From NCBI GenBank assembly GCA_021789945.1, contig JAJYIS010000005.1, positions 1-40,895 of the forward strand: DNA of 40,895 nucleotides, given 5' to 3'. Below, piece by piece: positions 25,825 to 35,364 of the stretch. Each line of letters starts with the position of its first letter. Position 1 is the stretch's first letter. This DNA comes from Thermoplasmata archaeon. GTDB lineage: Archaea; Thermoplasmatota; Thermoplasmata; UBA10834. The notes beneath the pieces are model-generated. The model saw only the letters and a program-made list of their open reading frames with translations. It was not told the DNA's origin and searched no databases. A program made the translations under genes and the position numbers.

Positions 25825-27003
25825 ATGCCGCAGATTCTCATTCAGAGTGCCCTTAGCGGAGCGACCAATCGGTCGCCCTCGAACGTTCCGCCTCAGGACC
25901 AGCCGAAGTCCGAGGAGGACCTAGAGATAGAGAAGATCGCGGACCAACTAAACGTCTGCATAAAGCTCGTTGGCTGCGGAGGGGCCGGGTCCAATACCGT
26001 CAATCGGTGCATAGACGACGGCCTCGGCGGAATCCAGATGATGGCGATCAACACCGACGCGAAGCACCTGCTCACCGTCAAGTCCCCGAAGAAGATCCTC
26101 ATCGGGAAGACCACGACGAGGGGGCTCGGTGCGGGCGCGAGGCCGGAGATAGGCGAGAAGGCGGCCATGGAGAACGAGCCTGAGATCAAGGAATGGCTGA
26201 AGGATTCGCAGATAGTCTTCGTCACTGCGGGCATGGGCGGCGGCACTGGCACAAGCAGCTCGTTCGTCGTCGCGCGTCTCGCCAAAGAGATGCGCGCGCT
26301 GACGGTCGGAGTCGTGACGCTCCCGTTCAAGTCTGAGGGCGAGCTCAGGATGGAGAACGCGATGGACGGCCTTTCCCGGCTGTCGAAGGTGTGCGACACG
26401 ACCATCGTGATCCCGAACGATACGCTGATCGAGCTGGTCCCGAACCTCCCGGTTATGGCGGCGTTCAAGGTCGCGGACGAGCTTCTACTCCAGACCATCA
26501 AGGGCCTGACCGAGATGCTCACGCACGCCGGGCTCGTCAATGTGGATTACGCTGACCTGAGGACGATACTCGACGAGGGCGGCGTCTCGCTGATAGGCGT
26601 CGGCGAGGCCGCCGGAAAGCCCATCGAGAGGGTCCAGGACGCGGTAGAAGAGGCCTTGAACTCGCCTCTCCTCGGCAAGATCGACCTCAAGGACGCCAGA
26701 GGGGCGCTCGTGAGGGTCGTCGGCGGGCCGGACATGAACATCGAGGAGGCTGCCAAGGCCGCCGAGATCATCACCGGAAGGATCAAGCCAGAGGCGAGGC
26801 TGATCTGGGGCTGCTCTGTCGAGCCCGACATGGCTGGCAGGATCAAGCTGCTGTTGATCATCACGGGCGCGCGCTCGCAGTACGTGCTTCTCAAGGACGG
26901 CACCGAGCCTGTGATCTCACGCACGGGCGAGGACTACAGGGGCAATGTCAACATCCCCCAGACGATAGCGACGGACGACGACCTGAAGATGTTCGTTCGC
27001 TAG
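25825..27003 (+). CDS. ftsZ: cell division GTPase FtsZ (tubulin/FtsZ family; CetZ not excluded)
   Basis: 'IKLVGCGGAGSNTVNRC' matches the GGGGNN-type loop and 'VTAGMGGGTGTSSS' the tubulin signature GGGTG(S/T)G. Ordinary FtsZ length, with an approximately 40-aa N-terminal extension. Confidence 0.75.
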   Translation: MPQILIQSALSGATNRSPSNVPPQDQPKSEEDLEIEKIADQLNVCIKLVGCGGAGSNTVNRCIDDGLGGIQMMAINTDAKHLLTVKSPKKILIGKTTTRGLGAGARPEIGEKAAMENEPEIKEWLKDSQIVFVTAGMGGGTGTSSSFVVARLAKEMRALTVGVVTLPFKSEGELRMENAMDGLSRLSKVCDTTIVIPNDTLIELVPNLPVMAAFKVADELLLQTIKGLTEMLTHAGLVNVDYADLRTILDEGGVSLIGVGEAAGKPIERVQDAVEEALNSPLLGKIDLKDARGALVRVVGGPDMNIEEAAKAAEIITGRIKPEARLIWGCSVEPDMAGRIKLLLIITGARSQYVLLKDGTEPVISRTGEDYRGNVNIPQTIATDDDLKMFVR

Positions 27004-28907
27004 CGGAGGTTCAGCAGGAGGTTCGCCACCGCTGCCATCGTCAGCGCGAGCGATATCGACGCCGCGGTGACGGCGACAGTGCTCTTCGCTCCGAATTCCT
27101 TGACCATCACTGCGAAGGTGGCGAGGCAGGGCATGAACACGGCCATGAGGAGCGCGAAGACGAACATCTGGTGGGTCGTGAGCACCGCCGCGAGGTTGCC
27201 GGTGTTCGCCAGGACCATCAGCATCTGGAGCGCCATCTCCTTCCTGAGTATACCGAACACGAGCGCGACGATCGTGAACCCCGGCAGGCCGAGCGCGACC
27301 TCCATGAACGGCCCTGCAGGCCCGATTATCCTCTGCAGGAGGTTCAGGGTCATCAGGCTCTCTATCACGATGCTGCCAATCAGCAGGAGCGGGAACGCGA
27401 TTGTCAGAAACTCCTTCAGCCTCAGATAGGTCTTCAGCACCGTCTGCTTAGGGGAAGGCCATCTCATGTCAGGTATCTCGACCATGAGGCCCGTGGGCTC
27501 GAACTTGATGATCCTGTGGAGCGCAAAGCCTAGCACGAGGAGCGTGCCCATCAGTATCATGTAGATCAGGAGCGCCCACCAGGCGCCTGCGAATTTTCCC
27601 ACTGAGCCCACTATGATTGCGGTTTGGGCCGAGCACGGGACCGCGATGGTTATCAGCGTCGCCAGTATGAGCCGTTCCCTGCGCGAGCCCATCGCCCTGG
27701 TCGCCAGGATCGCGGGCACGTTGCACCCGAACCCGACGACCATCGGGATGATCGCACGCCCGTGCAGGCCCAGGCGGTGCATGAGTCCGTCCAGTAAGGA
27801 CACCACCCGGACGAGGTAGCCGGTGTCCTCGAGGATGGACAGCATGACGTAGAACACCGCGATGTACGGGATCACGAGCTGGAGCATCGCCTGGATGCTG
27901 ATCGAGACGCCCTCGACAGCCCCTTTCGCGAGGCTGTTGTGCAGGCTGTCCTCCAGATCCTGGAAGAATATCTTCCCAGAATCATTGTACGCGTTGGCGA
28001 GGAGGCCTTCGACGAATCCTCCGAAGAACACCAGGGTGATGAAGATGAGCGCCAGCACGGCGATGAGTATCGGTATCCCGGTGACGGGGTTGAGCGTGAT
28101 GTCCTCTACCTTGCTGGGCCTGTTCCTGGCCTTCTCGTGGCCCGTGACGACCTCCTTTGCGATTCGGCCCGCCTCTCCGAACCTGTCCCTCTGGACATGG
28201 ACCACGATGTCCTCGCCGTGGCCCTCCCTGAACTCCTCCCGGAGCCTCTCGGCCAGCTCGACGGCCTCTTGCGGAGCCTTCCCGACCACGTTCCTGTCGC
28301 CCATCAGGAGCCTGAGCGCGACCGCCCTGAGGGGAAGCCACCAGTCGCTGTCCTTTAGGGCCGCCTCGAGCTGCGCTATCATGTCCTCGATGTGCGAGTC
28401 GTAACGGACCTTGAACTTGCTCGGGCGCCTCAGCTGGACCGAGGTGTACAGGAGCGAGTCTATGCCCTCGCCCTTCGTGGCGACCGTGGGGATGACCGGC
28501 ATCATCAGTATGCGCTCCATCCGCTCGATGTCGATCGCCTGCTTGTTCTTCCTCAGGACATCGTACATGTTGAGCGCGACGACGACGTTGTACCCGGACT
28601 CTATGACCTCGAATAGGAAGACCAGGTTCCTCTCCAGCCTGGTCGCGTCCAGGACCGCGATGACCGTCTCGGGCCTGCGCTCGAAGAGCATCCTCGTGGC
28701 GACGCGCTCGTCGTCCGTGTTCCCCGCGAGCGAGTAGGTGCCGGGCAGGTCGACCACGGTGATTGTCATGTTCATGAACTTGGCCTTGCCCTCGGTGTAC
28801 TCGACCGTGGACCCCGGGTAGTTCGCGCTGATGACGCCGACCCCGGTCAGCCTGCTGAAAACAATGCTCTTCCCGACATTCGGGTTGCCGGCAAGAGCGA
28901 TCTCCAT
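27000..28907 (-). CDS. feoB: ferrous iron transporter FeoB
   Basis: N-terminal G-domain 'IALAGNPNVGKS' (G1) and 'DLPGTYS', followed by a polytopic membrane domain with the 'gate' motifs. Length is 635 aa. Confidence 0.85.
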   Translation of the reverse strand: MEIALAGNPNVGKSIVFSRLTGVGVISANYPGSTVEYTEGKAKFMNMTITVVDLPGTYSLAGNTDDERVATRMLFERRPETVIAVLDATRLERNLVFLFEVIESGYNVVVALNMYDVLRKNKQAIDIERMERILMMPVIPTVATKGEGIDSLLYTSVQLRRPSKFKVRYDSHIEDMIAQLEAALKDSDWWLPLRAVALRLLMGDRNVVGKAPQEAVELAERLREEFREGHGEDIVVHVQRDRFGEAGRIAKEVVTGHEKARNRPSKVEDITLNPVTGIPILIAVLALIFITLVFFGGFVEGLLANAYNDSGKIFFQDLEDSLHNSLAKGAVEGVSISIQAMLQLVIPYIAVFYVMLSILEDTGYLVRVVSLLDGLMHRLGLHGRAIIPMVVGFGCNVPAILATRAMGSRRERLILATLITIAVPCSAQTAIIVGSVGKFAGAWWALLIYMILMGTLLVLGFALHRIIKFEPTGLMVEIPDMRWPSPKQTVLKTYLRLKEFLTIAFPLLLIGSIVIESLMTLNLLQRIIGPAGPFMEVALGLPGFTIVALVFGILRKEMALQMLMVLANTGNLAAVLTTHQMFVFALLMAVFMPCLATFAVMVKEFGAKSTVAVTAASISLALTMAAVANLLLNLR

Positions 28908-28916
28908 GGAGTCACC

Positions 28917-29585
28917 TCAGTATGTCTTGCTCATGTGCAGGATCTTCCCGCGCTCCCTGGCGATGGCCACCTTCGTGCCCTTGAGGTTCACGATGATTGG
29001 CCCCCCCATCGGCACCCTCTTCTCCACCGTCACTTCGGAGCCGGGCACGAACCCCATCGCCAACATCTCGTTGAGCTCGTTCCTGTCATCGCACGCGAGG
29101 TGGGAGACCACCGCAGAGTCCCCCTCCGCGACGTCGCACAGGGATACGTCGGTGCCCCTGCATCTCTCGCAGCTGATCCTGAGATCGCACTTGGGTATCC
29201 TCTTTCCGTGGGGACATTCCTCCGGGCGGTCGAGGATCTTGCACAGGTTGTGCTCTGCCTCGTCGGTGAGCGCGTGCTCCATCCTGCAGGCCTGCTCGTG
29301 CCCGGACCTTCCTCTCACACCGACCATGTCGCTCAGGAACCTCTCGAGCAGCCTGTGCTTTCGGGCGATCTTCGTCGCGATGTGCCTGCCCTTTCCCGTG
29401 AGGGTCGCACCACGGTAGGCCGTGTGCTTGATATACCGCTGCTCGGCCAGCTTGTGCAGCATCTCGGTGACGCTGGCGGGAGCGATGCCCATGGCGGACG
29501 CTATGTCGGTGGTCTTCGCGACGCCCCCGTCCTCCGTGAGCTTGTATATGATCTTGAGGTATTGCTCGGTTATCTCCGGTTCCAT
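28917..29585 (-). CDS. DtxR/MntR-family metal-dependent repressor fused to a C-terminal FeoA (SH3-like) domain
   Basis: wHTH 'TTDIASAMGIAPASVTEMLHKL' and the DtxR metal-site region 'EHALTDEAEHNL'. C-terminal 'GSEVTVEKRVPMGGPIIVNLKGTKVAIARE' is FeoA-like. Sits 9 nt upstream of feoB on the same strand. Confidence 0.8.
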   Translation of the reverse strand: MEPEITEQYLKIIYKLTEDGGVAKTTDIASAMGIAPASVTEMLHKLAEQRYIKHTAYRGATLTGKGRHIATKIARKHRLLERFLSDMVGVRGRSGHEQACRMEHALTDEAEHNLCKILDRPEECPHGKRIPKCDLRISCERCRGTDVSLCDVAEGDSAVVSHLACDDRNELNEMLAMGFVPGSEVTVEKRVPMGGPIIVNLKGTKVAIARERGKILHMSKTY

Positions 29586-29595
29586 CGCTCACAAG

Positions 29596-29609
29596 TTAGG
29601 CGCGCCTAA
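29596..29609. promoter_or_regulatory. perfect 14-bp palindrome TTAGGCGCGCCTAA (candidate DtxR-type iron box) between TATA box and start codon of the dtxR-feoA-feoB operon
   Basis: Palindrome seen directly. Half-sites TTAGG/CCTAA match the IdeR/DtxR iron-box half-site. TATA 'CTATATAA' (minus strand) lies at 29611-29618, 26 nt from ATG 29585, implying a leaderless transcript. Confidence 0.45.
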
Positions 29610-29657
29610 ATTATATAGGTTGCCATCCGCAAATCGATATGGTAGGTGGGGGCCGCG

Positions 29658-30863
29658 TCACTTCGCTGCCTGTCTCTCCGATGGTCTCAGCGGGCAGAGC
29701 GGGTCCTCCGAGAACAGGTCCCCAGAATGGGCGTACGCCCTAGCCCTGCACCCCCCGCATATGTCCCTCTGGCCGCAGTCGTGGCATATGCCCTTCAGGT
29801 TCTCCCGGTCCCTCAGCTTCGTGAATAGCTCCGAGCGGCTCCATATCTCGACCGGGGTGGTGTCTCTGAGGTTCCCGCCGCTCATCGGGACGAAGGCGCA
29901 CGGCCAGACATCCCCGTTCGGCTTGATGTAGAACATCCCGTTGCCGCAGATGCATCCGCGGAGCAGGTCGCTCCTCGCTCCTCCCTTTCTAGACACGTCC
30001 AACAGGGCCCAGTACTCGGGAAGGCCCACGGGGGCTATCACAGGGTGCAGGTCCTTCTGCAGGCTCCCCGCGCGGAATATCTCGTCCCTGAACTCCTCGG
30101 CGGTGAGCTCGAACTGCGCGTTCTCGAGGCCCCTCCCTGAAGGTATGAACTGGTAGAGGAGTATGACATGCGCCCTCAGCTCGTCCGCGAACCTGACGAT
30201 GTCCTCGAGTTCGTTGATGTTGACCTTGGACGCTGTGATGTTGATCTGGATGTACATGCCCTCAGCCGCGGCGTTCGCAATCCCCTCCTTCGCGAGTCTG
30301 AGCGCGCCCTGCTTCCTCCTGAAGGCGTCGTGGACCTCGTCCTTGACGGAGTCGATGCTGGCGGCGATGCCCAGCGTGCCGGCCTTCTTGAGCCTCTCCG
30401 CCGCGGTGGAGGTGATGAGAGTGGCGTTGGTGGCGATGATCGGATAGAACCCGCGCATCTTCGCGTGCGCGATGAGCTCGTAGATGTCCTCCCTCACGAG
30501 GGGCTCGCCGCCTGAGAATATGAGGCTCTTGAAGTCACTGACCTTCGCGAGCTCGTCGATGACCCTGGTCTTGCCCTCCTCCGTGGACAGTTCGCTCTTC
30601 CCGTCGGACTCGCCCCCGCGCGCGTGACAGTGCTCGCATGTGAGGTTGCACTGTGAGGTCACCTCCCACACGGGATGGACCGGGTACCCGAAGCAACCGA
30701 CCCCCTGGCAGCCCGCCGCGATTCTGAAGAGCTTCGTCGACTGCGTGGTCCACCAGGGCAGCTTGGTCCAGCCGGTCAGCCGCCTTATGAGAAGCGCGCT
30801 CCTCACCTGCTTGACGAGCAGCGAGGGCGGGTCGTAGAACGGTCTGACCGTCCTGTCCCCCAT
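29658..30863 (-). CDS. radical SAM enzyme with C-terminal SPASM/twitch auxiliary-cluster domain
   Basis: 'VTSQCNLTCEHC' is the CxxxCxxC motif. 'SGGEPL' lies in the SAM-binding region. C-terminal Cys cluster 'CICGNG...WPCAF...CHDCGQRDICGGCRARA'. Lies 1 nt downstream of the UbiA gene on the same strand. Confidence 0.8.
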   Translation of the reverse strand: MGDRTVRPFYDPPSLLVKQVRSALLIRRLTGWTKLPWWTTQSTKLFRIAAGCQGVGCFGYPVHPVWEVTSQCNLTCEHCHARGGESDGKSELSTEEGKTRVIDELAKVSDFKSLIFSGGEPLVREDIYELIAHAKMRGFYPIIATNATLITSTAAERLKKAGTLGIAASIDSVKDEVHDAFRRKQGALRLAKEGIANAAAEGMYIQINITASKVNINELEDIVRFADELRAHVILLYQFIPSGRGLENAQFELTAEEFRDEIFRAGSLQKDLHPVIAPVGLPEYWALLDVSRKGGARSDLLRGCICGNGMFYIKPNGDVWPCAFVPMSGGNLRDTTPVEIWSRSELFTKLRDRENLKGICHDCGQRDICGGCRARAYAHSGDLFSEDPLCPLRPSERQAAK

Positions 30864-30864
30864 C

Positions 30865-31815
30865 TCACAGCCCCTGCAGGTAGAACGCCAAGGCGAACAT
30901 CAGGGCCGATGTGAGGTTCGCCAGGAGCGTCACTCCTGATAGCTTCAGCTGCGACTCGTAGACCGCGTATCCGCCTTTGAGAGTGATGGCCGCCGCGGCC
31001 AGACAGAGGACTAGCACGGGCAGGCCGGCGACGGCTATCAACCAAGACACCCCGACCAGCATCGATGCCAGCATCACGGGATACGTGAGCAGCATGGCTG
31101 CCAGATAGATGATCGAGCCTCTCTTCAGGCCGAACCTGACGATCAGGTTGCGTTTGTTCACCGCCTTATCGGCGTCATAGTCAGGGAACTCGTTCGCGAC
31201 GATCACCCCGAATATCGTAAGGGCCGCCGGCAGGCCTATGAGGACCATCTTGAGGTCGAGCACGGTCGAGGCGAGGTAGTAGCCGCTGACCATCGCCAGG
31301 ATCCCGTAGCAGCCGCCGATCATGATCTCCCCGATGCCCTGGTACGCCCACCGGAAGGGCGGGGTCGAGTAGAAGATGCCGCAGAACGCCCCGAAGAGCC
31401 CGAGCGGGAGCAGCAGCGGGTAGTCCTTGAAGTAGAGGGCGAGATACAGGACGGCAATCACGACCAGGAGCACTATGGACCCGTAGCCAGCTATCCTCGC
31501 GGTTCTCCTCGGCACGAGGCTGTCGGGCAAGGCCCTGCTGCCCCCAGAGAACTTCGTGAACATCTTGTTGATCACGTCGCCCTCGTAGTCGAAGTACTCG
31601 TTGAAGTAGTATGTCACGAGCATGATCAGGGCGATGCCGATCAGGGACATCGCGACCAGCCCGAGCGGAGGGTTGTAGCCTTCGATCAACGCGATCAGAA
31701 TGCCGGTCACAAGTGCTGCCAGGCCTGGAGAAAGGAACGGAATCCTTGAGAGCACTAGGAATCCCTTGACCGGCTGACCCTTGCGCTTGTTCTCTAATGA
31801 CGCTTCGCCCGCCAT
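30865..31815 (-). CDS. UbiA-family aromatic/isoprenoid prenyltransferase (polytopic membrane protein)
   Basis: First Asp-rich motif 'NEYFDYEGDVIN' (NxxxDxxxD) and second 'NEFPDYDAD'. Eight to nine TM helices. The usual RP(L/I)P after motif 1 is replaced by 'SRALPDSLVP', which is divergent. Confidence 0.8.
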   Translation of the reverse strand: MAGEASLENKRKGQPVKGFLVLSRIPFLSPGLAALVTGILIALIEGYNPPLGLVAMSLIGIALIMLVTYYFNEYFDYEGDVINKMFTKFSGGSRALPDSLVPRRTARIAGYGSIVLLVVIAVLYLALYFKDYPLLLPLGLFGAFCGIFYSTPPFRWAYQGIGEIMIGGCYGILAMVSGYYLASTVLDLKMVLIGLPAALTIFGVIVANEFPDYDADKAVNKRNLIVRFGLKRGSIIYLAAMLLTYPVMLASMLVGVSWLIAVAGLPVLVLCLAAAAITLKGGYAVYESQLKLSGVTLLANLTSALMFALAFYLQGL

Positions 31816-32115
31816 TCAGTCACTGTCCTGCGCCGGAGAGGGCATGCCGTACCCGTTTAAAACATTGCTTCTTCTCTCACGTTCGATGTTGGCTCATTGC
31901 CTCGGGTCCATTCTTGTCGTCCGCGCAAGGGTCTTGCGGACGCACCAGACCGGCCCAGCCGGATGTGGGATTCCCGCCATAACTATATCAACGGTCAAGG
32001 GCAATCCAGTTAGTTGGGGGGTAGTGGTTTGACGACAATACGGACACATGCTTCTTCAGACGAACCAAGGATTACACCATCGATGTGCATGGACTTCTCG
32101 CGGAGCGGATGCTAA

Positions 32116-34221
32116 ATGGCAAACGAACTTGTGATACTGCTGGTGCTGATCGTCGCCTTCCTGATCCTGGTGCTGGTCATCCCAGGCTTGAAGCTTATCA
32201 CGGACGCCGAGGTCGGCATCCTCACCAAGAGGATGTTCGGCCGGAAGATGCCTCAGGGCAGGGTCGTCGCCAGGAACGGCGAGATCGGCGTCCAGGCGGA
32301 CATCCTCATGCCCGGCCTGTACTGGCGGATACCGATCATCTGGAAGATACAGAAGGATTCTGTCACTGAGATCCTTCCTGAGGAGGTCGGCATAGTCGAA
32401 TCGATTGACGGAAGGCCCATCCCTAAGGGCCGGCTGCTCGGGGACGAAATCGAGTGCAACCACTTCCAGGACGCGAAGATGTTCCTCGACAACGGCGGCA
32501 TGAAGGGCCCGCAGGTCGCGATTCTCAGGCCAGGGATCTACAGGATCAACCAGTACGCATTCAAGGTCTTCAAGGCGCCCATCACGACCGTTCCGGCGGA
32601 GAACATAGGGGTCGTGATCGCGAACGACGGCCTGCCACTGCCGTCGGGATACATAGTGGCTCCGAAGCCGCTTGAGACGCCGGCCCCGAAGTATCCCGGC
32701 GCGAAGAACTGCCAGTACTTCCAGGACGGCCAGGCCTTCCTGAACAGCGCGGGCCACAGGGGCCCGCAGCTAGACACCCTCCAGCCGGGCAGGTACTACA
32801 TCAACCCGCTCCTGTTCAAGGTGGAGCTCTATGAGGTCGCGGAGGTGCCGCCAGGGTACGTCGCGGTCCTCAGGTCGAACGTCGGCATGGAGCTGGAGAA
32901 GGAGCAGGGCAAGCCCATCCCGACGGTCGGAGCCGTCGGTCCGGCCACGCCCGCGACGCCCGCAGGCCAGCTGGTAGCCATCAACCAGCCGGTGCATGAG
33001 GAGGCAGAGTCGCTGCTCATACTGGACAAGAACATGAGGGGCATCTGGAAGGAGCCAGTCGCTCCGGGCAAGTACAACATCAACCCGCTCGCTTTCACCC
33101 CCTACCTCGTCCCCACGAGCGCGGTCACGATCGACTGGGCCTCCGGGTTCGACCAGAGGGCCCAGCACACCACCCCCGACATTGTCGGGATGAGCGGGAT
33201 GAAGTCGAGCAGCGAAGCCCACGAGGAGCTCGAGAGCGACAAGGCCACGGAGTTCTTCAAGTTCTCACAGCTGCGCGTTACCTCGATGGACGGGTTCCAG
33301 CTGGAGGTCGATGTGAGGATGATCATCCGCATAAGGCCCCAGAACGCGGCGTTCATCATAGCGAGGTTCGGGTCGGTCAAGAACCTGATCGAGCAGATCG
33401 TGCACCCGCTCATCGACTCGTCGTTCCGTAACAAGGCGGGCGAGGAGAAGGCGATAAACTTCATCATGAGCAGGACCGAGCTGCAGCGCTCCGCGCTGGA
33501 GAAGGCCCAGCAGCAGTTCGAGGTCTACCACGTGGAGGCGCAGAACCTGCTGATAGCGTACATCAAGGTCGACCAGGCGCTGCTGGACACGCAGACCAAG
33601 AGGGAGATCGCCCTCCAGCAGCAGGCTCAGTACCAGCAGGAGGCGCTCGCCCAGGAGAAGCGCATAGAGGTCCAGTCGAAGGCGGCCAACGCGGACAAGC
33701 AGCCGGAGGTGGTCGCCGCCATGCTGTCGATTATGATCGAAGACAACAAGGCCGAGGCGAAGAGAAGGTTTGCTGCGGGGGACAGAGACCAGATCAAGAT
33801 AGTCGCCGACGGTGAGAAGTACAAGGTCCAGGCGCTCTCTGAGGCGGAGGCGTACAAGCTCAAGCAAGTGGGTGACGGTACCTCCTACCAGATTAAGACG
33901 ATCGCCGACGGAAAGGCGTATGAGCAGCGCGAGGTCGGAAAGGGCATCGCGGACGCCTATGGCGCCCAGGCCTCGGTTATCGGGCCCACAGCGACAGCGG
34001 CGCTCAAGATGATCGACGAGGTCGGCGTCAACGGGGTGAAGATCACCCCGGACATACTGATCTCCGCTGCGGGCGGTGACTCGGGAGCCACGGGTCTTCT
34101 GTCGACCTGGCTAGCGCAGGCAGTGGCCCGAGGTCTGCTCGAAGGCAAGAAGGAAGCTCCTCAGGCACCGGAAACGACCCGCTTCAAGGATGATGCCAAG
34201 GCTGTCGAGAAGAAGAAGTGA
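32116..34221 (+). CDS. flotillin-like SPFH/Band-7 domain protein
   Basis: N-terminal TM 'LVILLVLIVAFLILVLVIP' and an SPFH domain. Followed by an Ala/Glu/Gln-rich coiled coil ('EIALQQQAQYQQEALAQEKRIEVQSKAANADKQ') and a C-terminal repeat region typical of bacterial YqiK/FloT-like flotillins. Length is 701 aa. Confidence 0.7.
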   Translation: MANELVILLVLIVAFLILVLVIPGLKLITDAEVGILTKRMFGRKMPQGRVVARNGEIGVQADILMPGLYWRIPIIWKIQKDSVTEILPEEVGIVESIDGRPIPKGRLLGDEIECNHFQDAKMFLDNGGMKGPQVAILRPGIYRINQYAFKVFKAPITTVPAENIGVVIANDGLPLPSGYIVAPKPLETPAPKYPGAKNCQYFQDGQAFLNSAGHRGPQLDTLQPGRYYINPLLFKVELYEVAEVPPGYVAVLRSNVGMELEKEQGKPIPTVGAVGPATPATPAGQLVAINQPVHEEAESLLILDKNMRGIWKEPVAPGKYNINPLAFTPYLVPTSAVTIDWASGFDQRAQHTTPDIVGMSGMKSSSEAHEELESDKATEFFKFSQLRVTSMDGFQLEVDVRMIIRIRPQNAAFIIARFGSVKNLIEQIVHPLIDSSFRNKAGEEKAINFIMSRTELQRSALEKAQQQFEVYHVEAQNLLIAYIKVDQALLDTQTKREIALQQQAQYQQEALAQEKRIEVQSKAANADKQPEVVAAMLSIMIEDNKAEAKRRFAAGDRDQIKIVADGEKYKVQALSEAEAYKLKQVGDGTSYQIKTIADGKAYEQREVGKGIADAYGAQASVIGPTATAALKMIDEVGVNGVKITPDILISAAGGDSGATGLLSTWLAQAVARGLLEGKKEAPQAPETTRFKDDAKAVEKKK

Positions 34222-34541
34222 AGACCTTTCATCCTCAGAGCTCTAGAGAAGGATAAGCACGAGGGCCATCACGACCACAATTACAGCCAGTGCCAGGAGG
34301 TAGGCCAGGGTCCTGCCTGCCTCTTCTCCCCCGTGGTTTCGCCTGTCTTGTCCGCAAGGAACGCCTGGGATTCGGCTTCTATCATCTTGGATTCCGCCTC
34401 TCGACCTGCATCGAAGACCCTCCACGGGCCATCCGGCGTCGACATCTCCGCACCAGGATTTCGGGATGGTTCAGATCAAACAAATATCCTCCTTCACGGG
34501 CAGGAACAAACGTCGCTCTGCCAGCTGATGAACCGCAAATT

Positions 34542-35312
34542 ATGATAGCTTCGGAAAGTCATCTGGGTCTTCCTCACATGATAGACCGCAGGGTTGCCAT
34601 CGCGAATATCTGTCCGACCAGGCCGCAGCGTGCTATCCGGAGCCCTTTGTTTGTCGACAGGACCTTCGAATATGTGCCTCCGTCAGATGGTCGCATTGCA
34701 GGTCTGCCAACATTCTCGTCCTTCAAGTGTCAATGTGGTCGACCGATTGAAGACTTCGTACCCCGCAGTTATCTCGACCAAGCCATGCACAATAACCCCG
34801 AGTTCGAGACGTTTACGTACGGGCACAGACCAGGACTGAGATCGGCGGCAGCGCACCTCCGTATGCTTGAGAAAGGAGACAGTGTTTTCTTTCGCACCAG
34901 GTTGGTGGACTGGGACGAGGATGATGCGTGGGGCAGGGGGAGTCTGTACCTAATCGGGAGATTCGTGCTGGACCGAGTGCTGCTGAAGGCTGATTTGGTT
35001 GCCAACCCGAAACTCACTGAAATCGTGAAGAAGAACATTCACGTGATGCGCTGGCAGCTCAGCCCGTACCTCGAACCCCGGAACTTCCGAATCCTGGTCG
35101 GCTCTGAGGAATCTGCGCGCTTTCGTCATGCTGTTCCGTTCGACGAGCGCGTCCTTGCTAGCGTGATGCAGGCGTCGGACAAGGGCGGCGCGGAGCATCT
35201 GGGATGTGTGACCGGCCACGATTTCGCCTTGAGCGGCGATCGAACATGCCCTGTGATCTGCGACAGCGCCAGCATCTCCAATCTGGAGAAGTATGTGCGT
35301 GGATGCACCTAA
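34542..35312 (+). CDS. hypothetical protein (256 aa) in a low-GC (about 50%) patch
   Basis: ATG verified at 34542 (alternative ATG at 34578). Local GC is about 47-55% against 63-67% on both flanks. Cys/His-containing segments ('FKCQCGRP', 'HLGCVTGH...CPVICD'). No family recognised. Confidence 0.45.
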   Translation: MIASESHLGLPHMIDRRVAIANICPTRPQRAIRSPLFVDRTFEYVPPSDGRIAGLPTFSSFKCQCGRPIEDFVPRSYLDQAMHNNPEFETFTYGHRPGLRSAAAHLRMLEKGDSVFFRTRLVDWDEDDAWGRGSLYLIGRFVLDRVLLKADLVANPKLTEIVKKNIHVMRWQLSPYLEPRNFRILVGSEESARFRHAVPFDERVLASVMQASDKGGAEHLGCVTGHDFALSGDRTCPVICDSASISNLEKYVRGCT

Positions 35313-35364
35313 TCATCGACTGTCCAGGTCTCGACCAGTTCGCCGCTCCCAAGAATGGTGAGCT

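Noticed and set aside
31816-32115. Searched the 300-bp gap upstream of the UbiA/radical-SAM operon (minus strand) for a small Cys-rich RiPP precursor peptide for the SPASM enzyme.
   Set aside because: The only minus-strand ATG-initiated frames are 28 aa or shorter (for example MAGIPHPAGPVWCVRKTLARTTRMDPRQ), with one Cys and no precursor-like leader or core. The region is better explained as a divergent promoter (TTTTAAAC box). There is a small CGCAAG-GGT-CTTGCG hairpin at about 31924-31938 (seven nucleotides later than first listed).
34243-34425. 60-aa minus-strand ORF with a C-terminal hydrophobic stretch (YLLALAVIVVVMALVLILL), just downstream of the flotillin gene.
   Set aside because: The first 40 residues are R/G-rich junk-like sequence with no internal Met to give a sensible start. 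There is no promoter-like AT-rich element. The hydrophobic segment is probably a chance antisense translation.
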